Below, piece after piece: positions 19,968-31,459 of a stretch of DNA of 64,000 nucleotides. Under the pieces are notes generated by a model. It had not been told where the DNA came from. It ran no database searches and worked only from the letters and a program-made list of their open reading frames with translations. The translations under genes and the position numbers were made by a program. Position 1 is the first letter of the stretch. The number at the start of each line of letters is the position of its first letter. The stretch comes from a virus, in IMG/VR virus record IMGVR_UViG_3300021963_000029, positions 32,001-96,000 of that record; one strand, written 5' to 3'.

Positions 19968-22900
19968 AGTTCTTTCTGTAGAAAGTAAGTGGAATTGTAT
20001 TTATTCCAACTGGTGATGATGAGTAAGAAACTATTCCAATAAACACATTTGATCCAGAAGTTGATACACCTAATGAAGGAGACCCTATCCTAATAACACT
20101 TGCTCCAATTGACACCACAGTGACCCCATAAGACACAATATAAGATCCTTCCACATAATCACCAACTTGAACCAAAGAACCAATTCCAGAAGTAGTATTG
20201 ATGCCAATTATATTAGTTGCAAACCCACTGAATGTTCCTGGAGTGGTTGTAAATCCAACTGTAATACCAAATCCAAGATAGTTGCTTATAGATTTAGTGA
20301 CTTTAGTAATACTTGTTATTCCAGAATTATTTCTGTCTCTATTTTTAAAAATAAATTCTCCATTAATAATAGCATCTGCTTTTTGTGGAGTCCATTCAAT
20401 GGTTCTTCTTTGGGATGAAGAATCTGATAAACCTTTATCATAATATACCTCAGTTCTTACAGTATCTGAGCTAACTGCTCTTTGAGCTGTTCTTCTATTT
20501 TGTTCTTGTGGGAGTGGTCCAAAAACATGCCTTTGAATTCTTAACTTATCTCCCTCCTTTACGTCAGTCTGTGGTTGGGTAAATTGAGTATCCCCACTAA
20601 ATCCTTCATAAAAATAAACCTTAACTGTACTTCCTAAAGTTGGAGGTTCTGTAAATTCTAATTGGGATCCTCCCAAAAACGTATATGATTTTCCTGGTAT
20701 TTGTAAAATATCATTTACAAATATTAAAAGGTTTTGATCTAAATCAATTTCAGATGCAGGATTTGCTTCTAAACTAGTTCTTTTTATAACAATACCCAAT
20801 CCAGTGTCTACTTTTTCAAATAATGTAAATATTGTCCTTCTTCCATTTACTTTATCTGTTAAATCTTCAAGCTTTCTTAGTTTACCTACATTCCACGCTG
20901 CAAATTCATCTTTTGCAACCTCATTAAGAGTTATCTTCAATTTGTGATCATTTGTTTGAGTAGAAAGTCCCAAAACTCCACTGGGAACTAACACTTCACC
21001 AACTTTGTAATTGTAACCACTATTAGTAAATATTAAATCACTTACCTCTCCAAATTCATTAATTTTGAGTGACACTGATGCCCCAATTCCAGCAGCAGAT
21101 CCTGTCAATGGAATATTATCATATGGAATAGGATCATCTACCTTGATAATATAGTCATATTCATACTTAGTTACTGTTGCCCCAGGACCATGAGAAGTGC
21201 CAATAGTTCCAAGTTGACCTCTTACAGAACCAACAAGATTGCTACCAGTGGATCCAATTCCAATATACTTAATTATTTCTGTTCCAATAGCAACAAATCC
21301 TGGGTTATTAACACTAACTACGTTCCCCCTAAAATATTCAAATACTGAAGTAGAAGCTACAGAAATTAAAGTGCCATTTGGTGCTAAATCACTTATAATC
21401 CCAGTTAATGTAGATGATGTACCATTGTACAAATATCCAGATCCTCCAGTAATAATTCCAACTCCAGTAATAATTCCAACTGAATTAGGGTATGCAATTC
21501 CGAGAGCACCAGATCCTGGTAGTTCTTGATTATCTATTCTAATATAATAGGTTGATATTCCTGATCTATATCCAGATCCTTCATCTCCAATTATTATTCT
21601 AGATATTGTTCCTGCAGCAGAAACCACTGCAACCCCTTTAGCAGGATATTGAGGAGCATATAGTGTTCCACTACTAACTCCATATCCAACAATCATTCCA
21701 CCTCTTGGAAGACCTTTTACATTAACATCATAAGTTTTATAATCTCCAGAACCTATAAAATCAATGAAAGTGGTTGCAGCAGTTCCTATTCCAACATCCC
21801 TGTATTCAAATGCTTCTTCTGCCTCTGGATATTGAAAGACATTATTAATTAATACTATTCCATTATCAGAAGAAATGCCAGAGGTGTTTATTCCAGAAAC
21901 TTTTAATTCAAATGAACTTGTTATCCCTGTAAATTGTTCTGAAATATCATCAAAAACATAATTGCCTGAGTAATTGGATCTTAAGAAAACTCTTCCATGG
22001 AAAGAACTGTTATCAGATGGAAGTAATAAGAAAAACGCCCAACTGCCTGGAGGGAAAGCATTTCCAGTATTAGTTGAAAAATCTACAGCAACACCATTAT
22101 ATGCTTCAAATAAAGTATTAGCTAATTTAAATGTATTATTTGCACTTTTTATCAAATAATAAACTGCTCCATTAGTTAGTTCAACTGGAGGGTTTTCTGA
22201 ATAAAATACTGCTTGTGTTCCTGTAGGAATATTTTCATTTCCAGTAAAATAAGTAAAACTTTTATTTGCAAAATCAATGGAATTTACTGGAATAGTTAGA
22301 TTAATTTTTTTACCTTCCAAAGGAGCATTTGTAAAGTAAATATTGTCTTTTACAATGTTGTATTGACCTGCAAGAACTTCTGCTGGAGTTTGTGTTATAA
22401 TACCAGTAAAAACTATTTGTGGAGTCCCTAGTACCCCAGAACCTCTAGTTAGTGAGACTTCTTTAGTAGTATAGTTTATAGCAGAAACTTTTGATATTTC
22501 TTTTCTCCCAGAACTACCAGTAATTCTTATCAAAGATCCTATTTTTATATTTTTTAGACTTTCTACAGTAATGGAAATATTAGTAAAAGTTGTTATTCCC
22601 ACTGTACTTGCTACTGCCACTGGGGATTGAATCATATTATCAACAGAAATCAAACATTTAGTATTTTGTTTATCTGCTGTTAAAGAATGAACAGTCCCAA
22701 TTCCAGTAGTAGTTATACCAATATAATCTCCAGAATATGCTAAAGTTGATGCTAAAGCAATTCTAATGTTATCTTTGTCTAATACAATAGGATATACTAC
22801 ACTGGGCATATAACTGGAAAATCCAATATTTCCAATACCGTTAGTTTGTATTCCAATAGAAGTCCCAGTTCCTGGACTATAAAATAAAGTTTCTCCTGTT

Positions 22901-23070
22901 CTAAAAAAATGATCTTTTATAAAAATTTTATCTGAAGTTATCCCAACAATATTTTGATTTGCGCCATTAAACTCTTTATAAAAAATTGGTTGTCCATTAT
23001 GTCTTAATGGAAATGACGTCCTTCCATAAACAGAAGGAGTATAAATTGCACCTATGTCTGATATGGGCAT
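19966..23070 (-). CDS. Virion structural (baseplate-associated) protein
   Basis: Gly/Thr/Ser-rich; KQNTKCLISVDNMIQSP and NLLIFVNDILQ.PG..Y motifs; lies between gp7 and gp8; AATAAATA upstream. Confidence 0.7.
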   Translation of the reverse strand: MPISDIGAIYTPSVYGRTSFPLRHNGQPIFYKEFNGANQNIVGITSDKIFIKDHFFRTGETLFYSPGTGTSIGIQTNGIGNIGFSSYMPSVVYPIVLDKDNIRIALASTLAYSGDYIGITTTGIGTVHSLTADKQNTKCLISVDNMIQSPVAVASTVGITTFTNISITVESLKNIKIGSLIRITGSSGRKEISKVSAINYTTKEVSLTRGSGVLGTPQIVFTGIITQTPAEVLAGQYNIVKDNIYFTNAPLEGKKINLTIPVNSIDFANKSFTYFTGNENIPTGTQAVFYSENPPVELTNGAVYYLIKSANNTFKLANTLFEAYNGVAVDFSTNTGNAFPPGSWAFFLLLPSDNSSFHGRVFLRSNYSGNYVFDDISEQFTGITSSFELKVSGINTSGISSDNGIVLINNVFQYPEAEEAFEYRDVGIGTAATTFIDFIGSGDYKTYDVNVKGLPRGGMIVGYGVSSGTLYAPQYPAKGVAVVSAAGTISRIIIGDEGSGYRSGISTYYIRIDNQELPGSGALGIAYPNSVGIITGVGIITGGSGYLYNGTSSTLTGIISDLAPNGTLISVASTSVFEYFRGNVVSVNNPGFVAIGTEIIKYIGIGSTGSNLVGSVRGQLGTIGTSHGPGATVTKYEYDYIIKVDDPIPYDNIPLTGSAAGIGASVSLKINEFGEVSDLIFTNSGYNYKVGEVLVPSGVLGLSTQTNDHKLKITLNEVAKDEFAAWNVGKLRKLEDLTDKVNGRRTIFTLFEKVDTGLGIVIKRTSLEANPASEIDLDQNLLIFVNDILQIPGKSYTFLGGSQLEFTEPPTLGSTVKVYFYEGFSGDTQFTQPQTDVKEGDKLRIQRHVFGPLPQEQNRRTAQRAVSSDTVRTEVYYDKGLSDSSSQRRTIEWTPQKADAIINGEFIFKNRDRNNSGITSITKVTKSISNYLGFGITVGFTTTPGTFSGFATNIIGINTTSGIGSLVQVGDYVEGSYIVSYGVTVVSIGASVIRIGSPSLGVSTSGSNVFIGIVSYSSSPVGINTIPLTFYRKN

Positions 23071-23085
23071 TTTTTGAAATATTTA

Positions 23086-26000
23086 TTATATGTTAGGGGT
23101 TAGTATTGTCTTCTTAATCACTTTGAAATTAAATGTTCCAGATGATGAGGGGGTAAGGGTTAAAGTATAATTACCAATGCCTGCATTATATACATTTTCA
23201 ATAGTGAATTCATTTAATGGCATGTTACCTGCAAAACCATATGTGGTAAGAGTGTTATAATCATCAAAGTGAACTGCATTTGTTTGGAATAAAGTTCTAT
23301 GTGTAGTCAACCCTACAGTTTTTTCAGCATATACAATATATTTTGATGCTGCAAATACTTGAGGGACTGTAGTTAATCCAACTGAAGAGGAACCAGTATA
23401 ATTGTAATTTTCACTGGTTTGCACACTTCTTTCATTTGAAATGTTATATGGAGCAGTTGGGGTATTTTTTATGAATTGAATATTACTAAAAATAGTAACT
23501 CCTACCCCCAAAACATTTGTGTAGTTGAATTCTATGGCACCAGATGAACTTGTAGTTACTCCAATAGAACCTAATTCTTTAGTTTTGTTTTCTGCATAAA
23601 TGTTAATATCAATGATATTGTCTACATTTTTTACAAAACTAAATTCAAAGGAACTTTCAACTTTATTTTGTGCTGAGGAAATACCAACTAAACCAACACC
23701 AGCATTGCAATCTGCTAATGGATAACTATAAAATGTTGATGTTGAAATTGAAGCAGATGATGCATATCCAATAGTTCTTTCAATTACGTCAACATATCCA
23801 TATGAAGTAGAAGTTATTCCAATAGTGGTAGAAACTGTATCTCTTATTGCTGCTATTGAATAACTATTAAAAATATTTTTTGGAGCAAAATTAATAACTA
23901 TTTCATTTTCATCTGTGGGACTTATAGACCCCTGCACTTCTCCCAATGGTTGTTTGGGAACCCCAGATTCAGTGTAAAAATCATAATAATATGCATATGA
24001 GACCAAATTAATAGTAGGACCAGTTCTAGTTACAAATAAATCAAAAACTTCTGGTTTTTCAAAAAGTCCAAAGAAAGATGTGGTTGCAGCAACAAAGAAA
24101 TAGTATTTAAGTACAACATTATTTGTTGTGTCTACAGTATCAACTGGAACCAAAACAAATGGAGAATTGTCAGTATTAAACAGTCCAGAAATATCATCTA
24201 CAGAAAGAACTCTATTAGCCTCAGATAAGAAGAAGTCTGAAAGTTTTTTAGTTCCAAATTTTAAATATTCAGAGTAAATCCCATCACTTTCATCAATATC
24301 TTCTTCAACAACTAAATCAAAATTAGAAACTGTAGATACATCTTTTTCAGAAATTAAAGATATGTTTACTGCAGATAAAGAATCTGAAGTTACACTAAGA
24401 GTTGAAGCTATTCCTACAGGTAAACTAGATTCAATAGTTAAATCCCCAAATTGCTTATATCCAGATACATGAACTAAGTCTGAAATTATAGGTTTCCATT
24501 CTGATATAGATTTTTTGCTCTTTAAACTATAAGAGAAATTTTGATAGTAATCATTATCTTGAAGTTTTTGTAAAATAGTTGACAAATTACCTCTAAAATC
24601 TTTCCACCCAATATTTTCAGAAAGGCTAGAATCTAACTTTAAAGAAGCTTTAAATTTTTCTATACTAAAAATAGTAGACTCTGATTTGGTAGAAGATCCT
24701 TTGATAGAATCTCCTACAGAAAAACTTGAAGAATTGTGGACTTTAATTAAATCTGTAATTGTTTCATTATTTTCATTATCAATAATTTCACTATTGTATG
24801 GAAGTAAACTTTCATTATTTAAGTATCTTGTTTTCCTTAAAGTTGGTTTAAATTTAGCTAAATCTTCATATCTTACTACAGAAGCATTAAAAGTTGACCC
24901 ACTAATAGTTCCAGGGAATTTTTGGAGTTCATATCTAACAATAGCTGCATCTGGAGAACTATAATTGGGATTAACATATGTTACAATGAATGGTGAAAAA
25001 TCATAGTCAGAACTGTTAAATCCTGAACCTCCTGTGCTAATTATATTTTCTACAAATATTGAACTTCCAACAGATATTGGCAAATCATTTGCTGTAGAAA
25101 AACCAGAAATAGGAGTTTCTAAGGTTAATTCTACTTCATATGGGAAAGAACCAGAAGATGTAGCATTTAAAATTCTAATACCATTGCTGTTATTGGTAGA
25201 AGCTATAAAATCATCAGTAGATTTTAAATTTCCGGAAGAATTAGTAACTAAAACTCTATCAATAGTATTGGCATTAGTTTGTGATATAACAGATGCCTCA
25301 AAATCTAAATCTGTTTGATTTGTAATTTTATTATATAAAACTAATGTTGGTGGAGACTGATATTTTTTTCCAGAATCCAAAATATCAACTTTATCTACTT
25401 GATAGCTATTTTTTGTTCTTAAAGCAACAAAACTATTTGTAACTGGAGATAGTGTTTTGTCACTTGGATAAACACTTTCAGTATTTAAAATTTTGATTGC
25501 TTTTATTTTGCCTATAGTTGTGGTAGTTGCATAAAGATCTGCCCCTACACCAGATTTTGTTGTTATAATTTTTATGCTGGGAACTTTTTTGTAAGAAGAT
25601 CCTCCATAAATTAATTTTACTTTATCAATTGGTCCTTTGATTCCAGAATCTAATACTGAATAATTTAATCTAGATAAAGTATTTGTGTATTGTGATCTTT
25701 CTGGATACACTGGAAGATTATATGTAAATGAAGTTCCTGCTATTCCAGTGACCTTACTTTCAATACTATACAAACTATCATCTAATTTGATTTCATTATT
25801 TCCATCAACAGTAAAATCTGGATAAATTTCATCATTTGTTGTAATATTAGTTAAATTATAGTATAACAGTTTTGGGGTGTATTCTGACACTCTAAAAGTT
25901 AAAGTTGTTGGAGTTTTAAATACTTCTACTCCATTATTTTCATTTCCAAAATAAGGATTTCTAAAGAATTCATCTGCATATAAGTTAAAATCTTTTCCAG

Positions 26001-29000
26001 AAATACTAGGACTAGATAAATCAAATACAACAATTTCATTTGCAACAACTCTAACTTTGGGATTAGTTTGGTTGTCTATTAAAACTCTTTTAGTTGTGGT
26101 TGAGTATCCAACAGTATAAGTTGTAGTAACTCCAGAAATTACATTTACTCTAATATTATTATCAACTGACAAGCCATGTGATGATGCTGTAGAAACTTGA
26201 ACATTAACTTGTTTTACAGTTCCCTTTACTACATTAGATCTTTGAGTTGTAAATTTATGCAAATCTCCAGTACCAACAGCATTATATCTTAATAGAGCAT
26301 TTCTATTTTTTACATTCCTTACATCTTGAACAAGACCAATAACATCTTTATCTAATTTAACTACAAATAAATTTGGTAGATTATTTAAATCACCAGCATT
26401 TGTAACTATGGTAGAAGAGTCTGTAGAGTAAACAACTCTTTCTCCATCTTTAAAATTATTAAATGGCAAATAAATCCCACCATGCTCAACAAATTTAGTT
26501 TGAGAAACACCAACTCCATAGGGATATACAGTTAATGTGTTACCTACTCCAGCAACAGTACTAATACCCACAGAGACTGATCTAGAGGGTTTAAAGTAGT
26601 ATGATTCATCTAGTTCTTTTATTGGATTTTTAAAATTAAATGGAGATGCAAAGGTAAATTTAGAAGTGTTATCATAAACAGTTGTTCCAACTCCATAACT
26701 AGGAGTCCCACTCTGCCTTAATACATTCAATCTTCCATTCAATTTATCCAACCCAATAATCTTTAAAGTTTCAGAACCAATCACTAATTCTTCATCAACC
26801 CTATAAGTAATAACTGGATTTTTTACTTTGATGCTTGTAACTAGTCCTGTTACAGATACTGCACTCAACGCTTCTGTTAAAACAGTATCTCTTTTTTCAA
26901 CATTAATCTTTACATATCCTTCTAAAGCAGAAAAATCAGTAGTAGAAATTCCACTTATGGTAACATAAGTCTGTGATTTAAACTGATGGGCAGTGCTGGC
27001 AATTCCAATAAACCCATTAGCATTAGAAATAAAACTTACATTTGTAAAGGTAGTCAATCCTGCTGTTATTTGATTAATACCAACACCAGCAACACTTTCA
27101 ACTTCAGCAAATGCTCCTATACCACCACCAGACTCTTCTTCAAATTCAATTTTGTCTCCTTTTTCATAATCAAGACCCCCATCTATAACTTTTACAGAAT
27201 TTATCTTTCCAGAACTTGCTGAAATAACCTTAGCATCAGGCTTAATTTCATTAGTATTAAGATCGAAATATTCATAATAATTTGTTTTATCTTCTACTCT
27301 ATAAGGTTTAGTGTACTTAATTATTCCAAGTTCATTAAAATTCAAATCTTGATTATAATCTAAATCAAAATTATTTTTGTCTGGGATATAGTTATAGAAA
27401 TTTCCTATCACATAAGGAAATTCTGGATTGTTATTTGCATCTATTGTGCAATAATATGCATAAATCCCTTGTGGATATTCTGGAGTTACTGCAAATCTTC
27501 CATTATTTTCGTCAAGAGTTCCTGTATTTGTAAACTCATAATCTTCTATACATTCTAATAATGATGGGGGACTAATTTTATTCCTAGTATATCCACTTCT
27601 CATTCTTACTATTGAACCACTTCCATTGGGGTTTTCATATGCATATGGTCCATAAATTGGACACCCATCATAAGACCAACCAATTATAGGAGAGTGTCTT
27701 GTCGGAGTAATGCCAAAAGCATTAATTAAATTTTGGTCTAAGAAGAAAGTTCCAAACGTATTGCCAAATTTAGAATACTTTGCTCCAAATAAACAACCAT
27801 TTGATAAATTAGAAGTTCCTAGTTTTGCTACATCATTTAAAGTCCATTCTGTTAAATTTGGTTGGATTTTAAGATTTTTTCCTTTATTCTGTACTCTTAT
27901 AGTTGTATCTGTTTTTGCATATCCAACTCCACCATTAATTACTTTAACATCAATAATTTGGGCATAACTAACAGTTCCATTATAAATTTGCCCATTACTG
28001 ACAGTTGCTACTAATTGTGCTCCATATCCTTGACCTTCTACTATAAAATCAAAATCATTATAAAAATCTTTTCCTGGATTTTTAACTATAACCTCAATAA
28101 TTTTACCATCTTCAATTACTGGTTCAAACTCTGCATCAGATCCCTCTAAAACCAGTGTAGTTGGTCTTTTATGTAGATTGACAATATTTTTAGAACCAAG
28201 TAATTCTAAAGCTGGTTTAGCAAGTCCTCTTTGAACATGTGCCCCAGTTACAGACCCTAAAACTATAGGTACAATAGTAGCCCCATATCCAGTTACTGCT
28301 GATGATGTGGTTTTAATTTTACCATCAATTTTAACTCTAATTTGAGGGTATTGAATAAAGTAGGTAGAAGCAAAATCAACATCAGTAATATCTACAATAT
28401 TTGTTCTTTCAAAGTCTGTACATAATCTAAAAGAATTATTATCTAATTTATCAATATAATAAATTTGTTCTGCTACTATTCCCCCAAGGGTTGATCCATC
28501 TGCAGTAACTTCAACTTCTTCTCCATTTTCATATCCATGATTGTTATAATAGAACACATTATCATAAATGTTAATGTGTTCTGGGCCAAAAGAAAGTTTT
28601 TTGTATTTAAATCCTGATTGAATTCCCACAAACCCAACTTCATCAATGACTTGAACTTTTTGTAAAGATCTAAATCTTTGCAGACCTCCACCAGTGGTTC
28701 TTAAATTAATTAAATTTGTTTCTCTTAAAGCATCTTGTCTTGTTGGGGCAAGTCTAAATGTTGTAGAACCAGCACCAATTTGAGAAACATAGTAAACTGA
28801 TTGGTCTAATAAAGTACCATCTGAAACAATTGATCCAATTCCAATTGGAAATGTTCCCAAAGTTTCATATACTACTGCTTCTCCTTCAACAAAAGGTTGA
28901 ACAGTAGTAAATGCAAATATATTGTCTACTGTTCTTACTACAGTCCCTCTTGTAGTTGCATTAAAATCAAATGTTTTATCAATAAACTTCATCTTTACAG

Positions 29001-31458
29001 TAATAGGAACATCTTTTCTAGCACCACCTGTAACTGTAATATTTGGGGTCCCTTCATAATCATATCCAGGGTTCATAATACGAAGACCTTTTAATTCCCC
29101 TTCCATAGATGGAATAATAAAAGTTTGAGTGTCTTGATCAATAACATTATTAAAAATGTCAAATTGTGGGGGGTTTATGAGACTATAATCTTCCCCACCA
29201 CTCAAAATATCTACAGTTTCAATTTTTCCATAGTAAATTTTATCAAAAGATTTGTAATTTTGAATTTCAACTCCATTAGCAAATATTCCAACTGGTCCAG
29301 GTTGAGTTTTTACTTTTTCTTTTTCAAATTGAGGAACTTTAGGAATTTTCTTTAAAGACTTAGTAGTAGAAAATTGATTACCATATAAAGGAGAACTAAT
29401 TAAATTAATTTGCTCTAACTTGCCAACAATAGAATTGTTTACATCTAATTCTATTAAACTAGTAGAAGTTACTCCTATAGTATCTCTAGTTTCTGCTAAT
29501 CTAATGACTGCAGGACCAACTCTTTTTACATAGTAAGTATCACCAGTGTTAAATCCAACTTTATTGGTCCAATTTCCAGAAACTGCATATCCAACAACTT
29601 TTACCGCTTCTCCATCATAAAAATTATGAACTCCAATTAATGAATTATCATTTAATTCTGATGCTGAAAATTCAAACTGTTTAATATATGGACTTACCTC
29701 ATAACTAGGCAATCCATTAGATGCAATATAATTGAAATTATCATCTGCATAAGCATCTTGAATATTAGCAGTGTACTTATTGTTAATTTGGTTGAATAGT
29801 CTTGTAAAAGGTACTGCTTTTGTTTTCTTTAATCTTCTTCTAAAAAGAATATCTTTTCCCAATAAAGTATCATCATTAATTTGCTGAATAGTAAATTCTT
29901 TTGAAAGAGAAGTGTTTACTTGTATATTTGAGAGATATAATGTATAAACTCCTTGAGTCTTTACATACAAATCTACTATATCTCCAGCAACTAAGTTATG
30001 ATCATATTTTGTTAAGGCTAATCCATTGGAAAGAGCAAATCCCTGTTGTTTTGCTGATCTAACTCCATCATCAACAACGCTTACTCCAACTCCAGCATAA
30101 ATTGAAATTGGAAGATTAAACTTTAAAGACTTAACAAATACATTATTATCAGTGTATCCAATGTTATCAATTTTTATAGGGTCTTCATCTACAGCATATA
30201 AACTTTCTTCTGATTTAATAGAGGATAAAACATTATTAATCCTCATACTTACTACTTTATTTCTATCCCCATCTTCATAAGAATAAACTGAGTTTGTAGC
30301 ATATATTAAAGTTTTTCTTGAAATCTCTCTTACTATGAGAGACTCATTTACTTCAGAAACACCTAAAAATTGATTGTTAGTTTTATCTTGATATTCATAT
30401 GCAACATCATTAATATACAAGGTCCCTTTTTTAGGGAATCCTACAGTGCTATCTACAAAAATAGTATCAGATCCTGATGGTACATCCTCTACACAATAAG
30501 TTTTAAATGTTGGGAAAAAAGTACCTGAGATTGATCCCTTTGGATTTAAATTATTTGAATATCCAGAAAAAATTCTAATCTTATAATAAGTTGTCCCTTT
30601 TAATAAAAATGAATCAACCGCATAAATTGATCCAGTGGCAGGTTGGACATCTGAATTAAATGAGTCAGCATCTTGATAAAGTGTCTGTCCTTGTAATTTA
30701 AAAGGATCTCCACTAATTAAATCGCAAATAAAAGTTTCGGTTACTACCCACTTATCATCAGAGGGAGTAAAACAAAATTCTCTTGGTTTAACAATATTAA
30801 CCTTTTCATCATACAACACTTTAAATAAAATTTTGTATGATTCATCAGTTCCTTTTGATTGATAAAATGTTTTTGCTTTACTTAAGAAATTTTGAGGGTT
30901 AATTTTTGAATCAAAATCTACTTCCTCAAACCCAGGAAGATACAAGGTTTTTTGTTTTTTAAAAAATTCAATCAAAAATAGATTGCTTAAATTGTTGACA
31001 ATATCCCCATCAGAGTGGTCTGCAGACTCTGTACTTGAAAAGACTAAGATTTCTGGGTTCTCTTCTCCTTGTAAGGAGTCAACCCCACTAAACCCTCTTA
31101 CACACCCAGTAAAAGAGTTTGTAGTTATACCTGTGTATGTAATAATCTCATCATTAATTTTAAGTAGACCATACTGTTTTGGCCAACCTTTAGTTGATTC
31201 TACATTTATGGTTTCATCTAAAAATTCTACATCAGCAGTTAATTTGGTTGAAGCAATTAAGTTGTTAGATTCAAAAGCAGAAAAATTCTTATACCCTGAA
31301 AGATTTTCAGAGAGATCTACTACACCTCCCTGAAATTCTTGAGAGCGATAATACTCTTTAAAAAATTCTCCTAAATTTGGATTATCTGCTAGAATAAATT
31401 CAGGGATTTGATTTTCAACAACATCACTGATTTTTACTAACTTCTGTTCTTCTATCAT
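23086..31458 (-). CDS. gp7: Baseplate wedge initiator (gp7-like, cyanophage long form)
   Basis: N-terminus V..QIPEFI..DNP...EF.KEYYRSQE; K.FYQSKGT..S.KILFK.LY; C-terminal LQDNDYYQNFSYSLKS; follows gp6. Confidence 0.88.
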   Translation of the reverse strand: MIEEQKLVKISDVVENQIPEFILADNPNLGEFFKEYYRSQEFQGGVVDLSENLSGYKNFSAFESNNLIASTKLTADVEFLDETINVESTKGWPKQYGLLKINDEIITYTGITTNSFTGCVRGFSGVDSLQGEENPEILVFSSTESADHSDGDIVNNLSNLFLIEFFKKQKTLYLPGFEEVDFDSKINPQNFLSKAKTFYQSKGTDESYKILFKVLYDEKVNIVKPREFCFTPSDDKWVVTETFICDLISGDPFKLQGQTLYQDADSFNSDVQPATGSIYAVDSFLLKGTTYYKIRIFSGYSNNLNPKGSISGTFFPTFKTYCVEDVPSGSDTIFVDSTVGFPKKGTLYINDVAYEYQDKTNNQFLGVSEVNESLIVREISRKTLIYATNSVYSYEDGDRNKVVSMRINNVLSSIKSEESLYAVDEDPIKIDNIGYTDNNVFVKSLKFNLPISIYAGVGVSVVDDGVRSAKQQGFALSNGLALTKYDHNLVAGDIVDLYVKTQGVYTLYLSNIQVNTSLSKEFTIQQINDDTLLGKDILFRRRLKKTKAVPFTRLFNQINNKYTANIQDAYADDNFNYIASNGLPSYEVSPYIKQFEFSASELNDNSLIGVHNFYDGEAVKVVGYAVSGNWTNKVGFNTGDTYYVKRVGPAVIRLAETRDTIGVTSTSLIELDVNNSIVGKLEQINLISSPLYGNQFSTTKSLKKIPKVPQFEKEKVKTQPGPVGIFANGVEIQNYKSFDKIYYGKIETVDILSGGEDYSLINPPQFDIFNNVIDQDTQTFIIPSMEGELKGLRIMNPGYDYEGTPNITVTGGARKDVPITVKMKFIDKTFDFNATTRGTVVRTVDNIFAFTTVQPFVEGEAVVYETLGTFPIGIGSIVSDGTLLDQSVYYVSQIGAGSTTFRLAPTRQDALRETNLINLRTTGGGLQRFRSLQKVQVIDEVGFVGIQSGFKYKKLSFGPEHINIYDNVFYYNNHGYENGEEVEVTADGSTLGGIVAEQIYYIDKLDNNSFRLCTDFERTNIVDITDVDFASTYFIQYPQIRVKIDGKIKTTSSAVTGYGATIVPIVLGSVTGAHVQRGLAKPALELLGSKNIVNLHKRPTTLVLEGSDAEFEPVIEDGKIIEVIVKNPGKDFYNDFDFIVEGQGYGAQLVATVSNGQIYNGTVSYAQIIDVKVINGGVGYAKTDTTIRVQNKGKNLKIQPNLTEWTLNDVAKLGTSNLSNGCLFGAKYSKFGNTFGTFFLDQNLINAFGITPTRHSPIIGWSYDGCPIYGPYAYENPNGSGSIVRMRSGYTRNKISPPSLLECIEDYEFTNTGTLDENNGRFAVTPEYPQGIYAYYCTIDANNNPEFPYVIGNFYNYIPDKNNFDLDYNQDLNFNELGIIKYTKPYRVEDKTNYYEYFDLNTNEIKPDAKVISASSGKINSVKVIDGGLDYEKGDKIEFEEESGGGIGAFAEVESVAGVGINQITAGLTTFTNVSFISNANGFIGIASTAHQFKSQTYVTISGISTTDFSALEGYVKINVEKRDTVLTEALSAVSVTGLVTSIKVKNPVITYRVDEELVIGSETLKIIGLDKLNGRLNVLRQSGTPSYGVGTTVYDNTSKFTFASPFNFKNPIKELDESYYFKPSRSVSVGISTVAGVGNTLTVYPYGVGVSQTKFVEHGGIYLPFNNFKDGERVVYSTDSSTIVTNAGDLNNLPNLFVVKLDKDVIGLVQDVRNVKNRNALLRYNAVGTGDLHKFTTQRSNVVKGTVKQVNVQVSTASSHGLSVDNNIRVNVISGVTTTYTVGYSTTTKRVLIDNQTNPKVRVVANEIVVFDLSSPSISGKDFNLYADEFFRNPYFGNENNGVEVFKTPTTLTFRVSEYTPKLLYYNLTNITTNDEIYPDFTVDGNNEIKLDDSLYSIESKVTGIAGTSFTYNLPVYPERSQYTNTLSRLNYSVLDSGIKGPIDKVKLIYGGSSYKKVPSIKIITTKSGVGADLYATTTTIGKIKAIKILNTESVYPSDKTLSPVTNSFVALRTKNSYQVDKVDILDSGKKYQSPPTLVLYNKITNQTDLDFEASVISQTNANTIDRVLVTNSSGNLKSTDDFIASTNNSNGIRILNATSSGSFPYEVELTLETPISGFSTANDLPISVGSSIFVENIISTGGSGFNSSDYDFSPFIVTYVNPNYSSPDAAIVRYELQKFPGTISGSTFNASVVRYEDLAKFKPTLRKTRYLNNESLLPYNSEIIDNENNETITDLIKVHNSSSFSVGDSIKGSSTKSESTIFSIEKFKASLKLDSSLSENIGWKDFRGNLSTILQKLQDNDYYQNFSYSLKSKKSISEWKPIISDLVHVSGYKQFGDLTIESSLPVGIASTLSVTSDSLSAVNISLISEKDVSTVSNFDLVVEEDIDESDGIYSEYLKFGTKKLSDFFLSEANRVLSVDDISGLFNTDNSPFVLVPVDTVDTTNNVVLKYYFFVAATTSFFGLFEKPEVFDLFVTRTGPTINLVSYAYYYDFYTESGVPKQPLGEVQGSISPTDENEIVINFAPKNIFNSYSIAAIRDTVSTTIGITSTSYGYVDVIERTIGYASSASISTSTFYSYPLADCNAGVGLVGISSAQNKVESSFEFSFVKNVDNIIDINIYAENKTKELGSIGVTTSSSGAIEFNYTNVLGVGVTIFSNIQFIKNTPTAPYNISNERSVQTSENYNYTGSSSVGLTTVPQVFAASKYIVYAEKTVGLTTHRTLFQTNAVHFDDYNTLTTYGFAGNMPLNEFTIENVYNAGIGNYTLTLTPSSSGTFNFKVIKKTILTPNI

Positions 31459-31459
31459 C

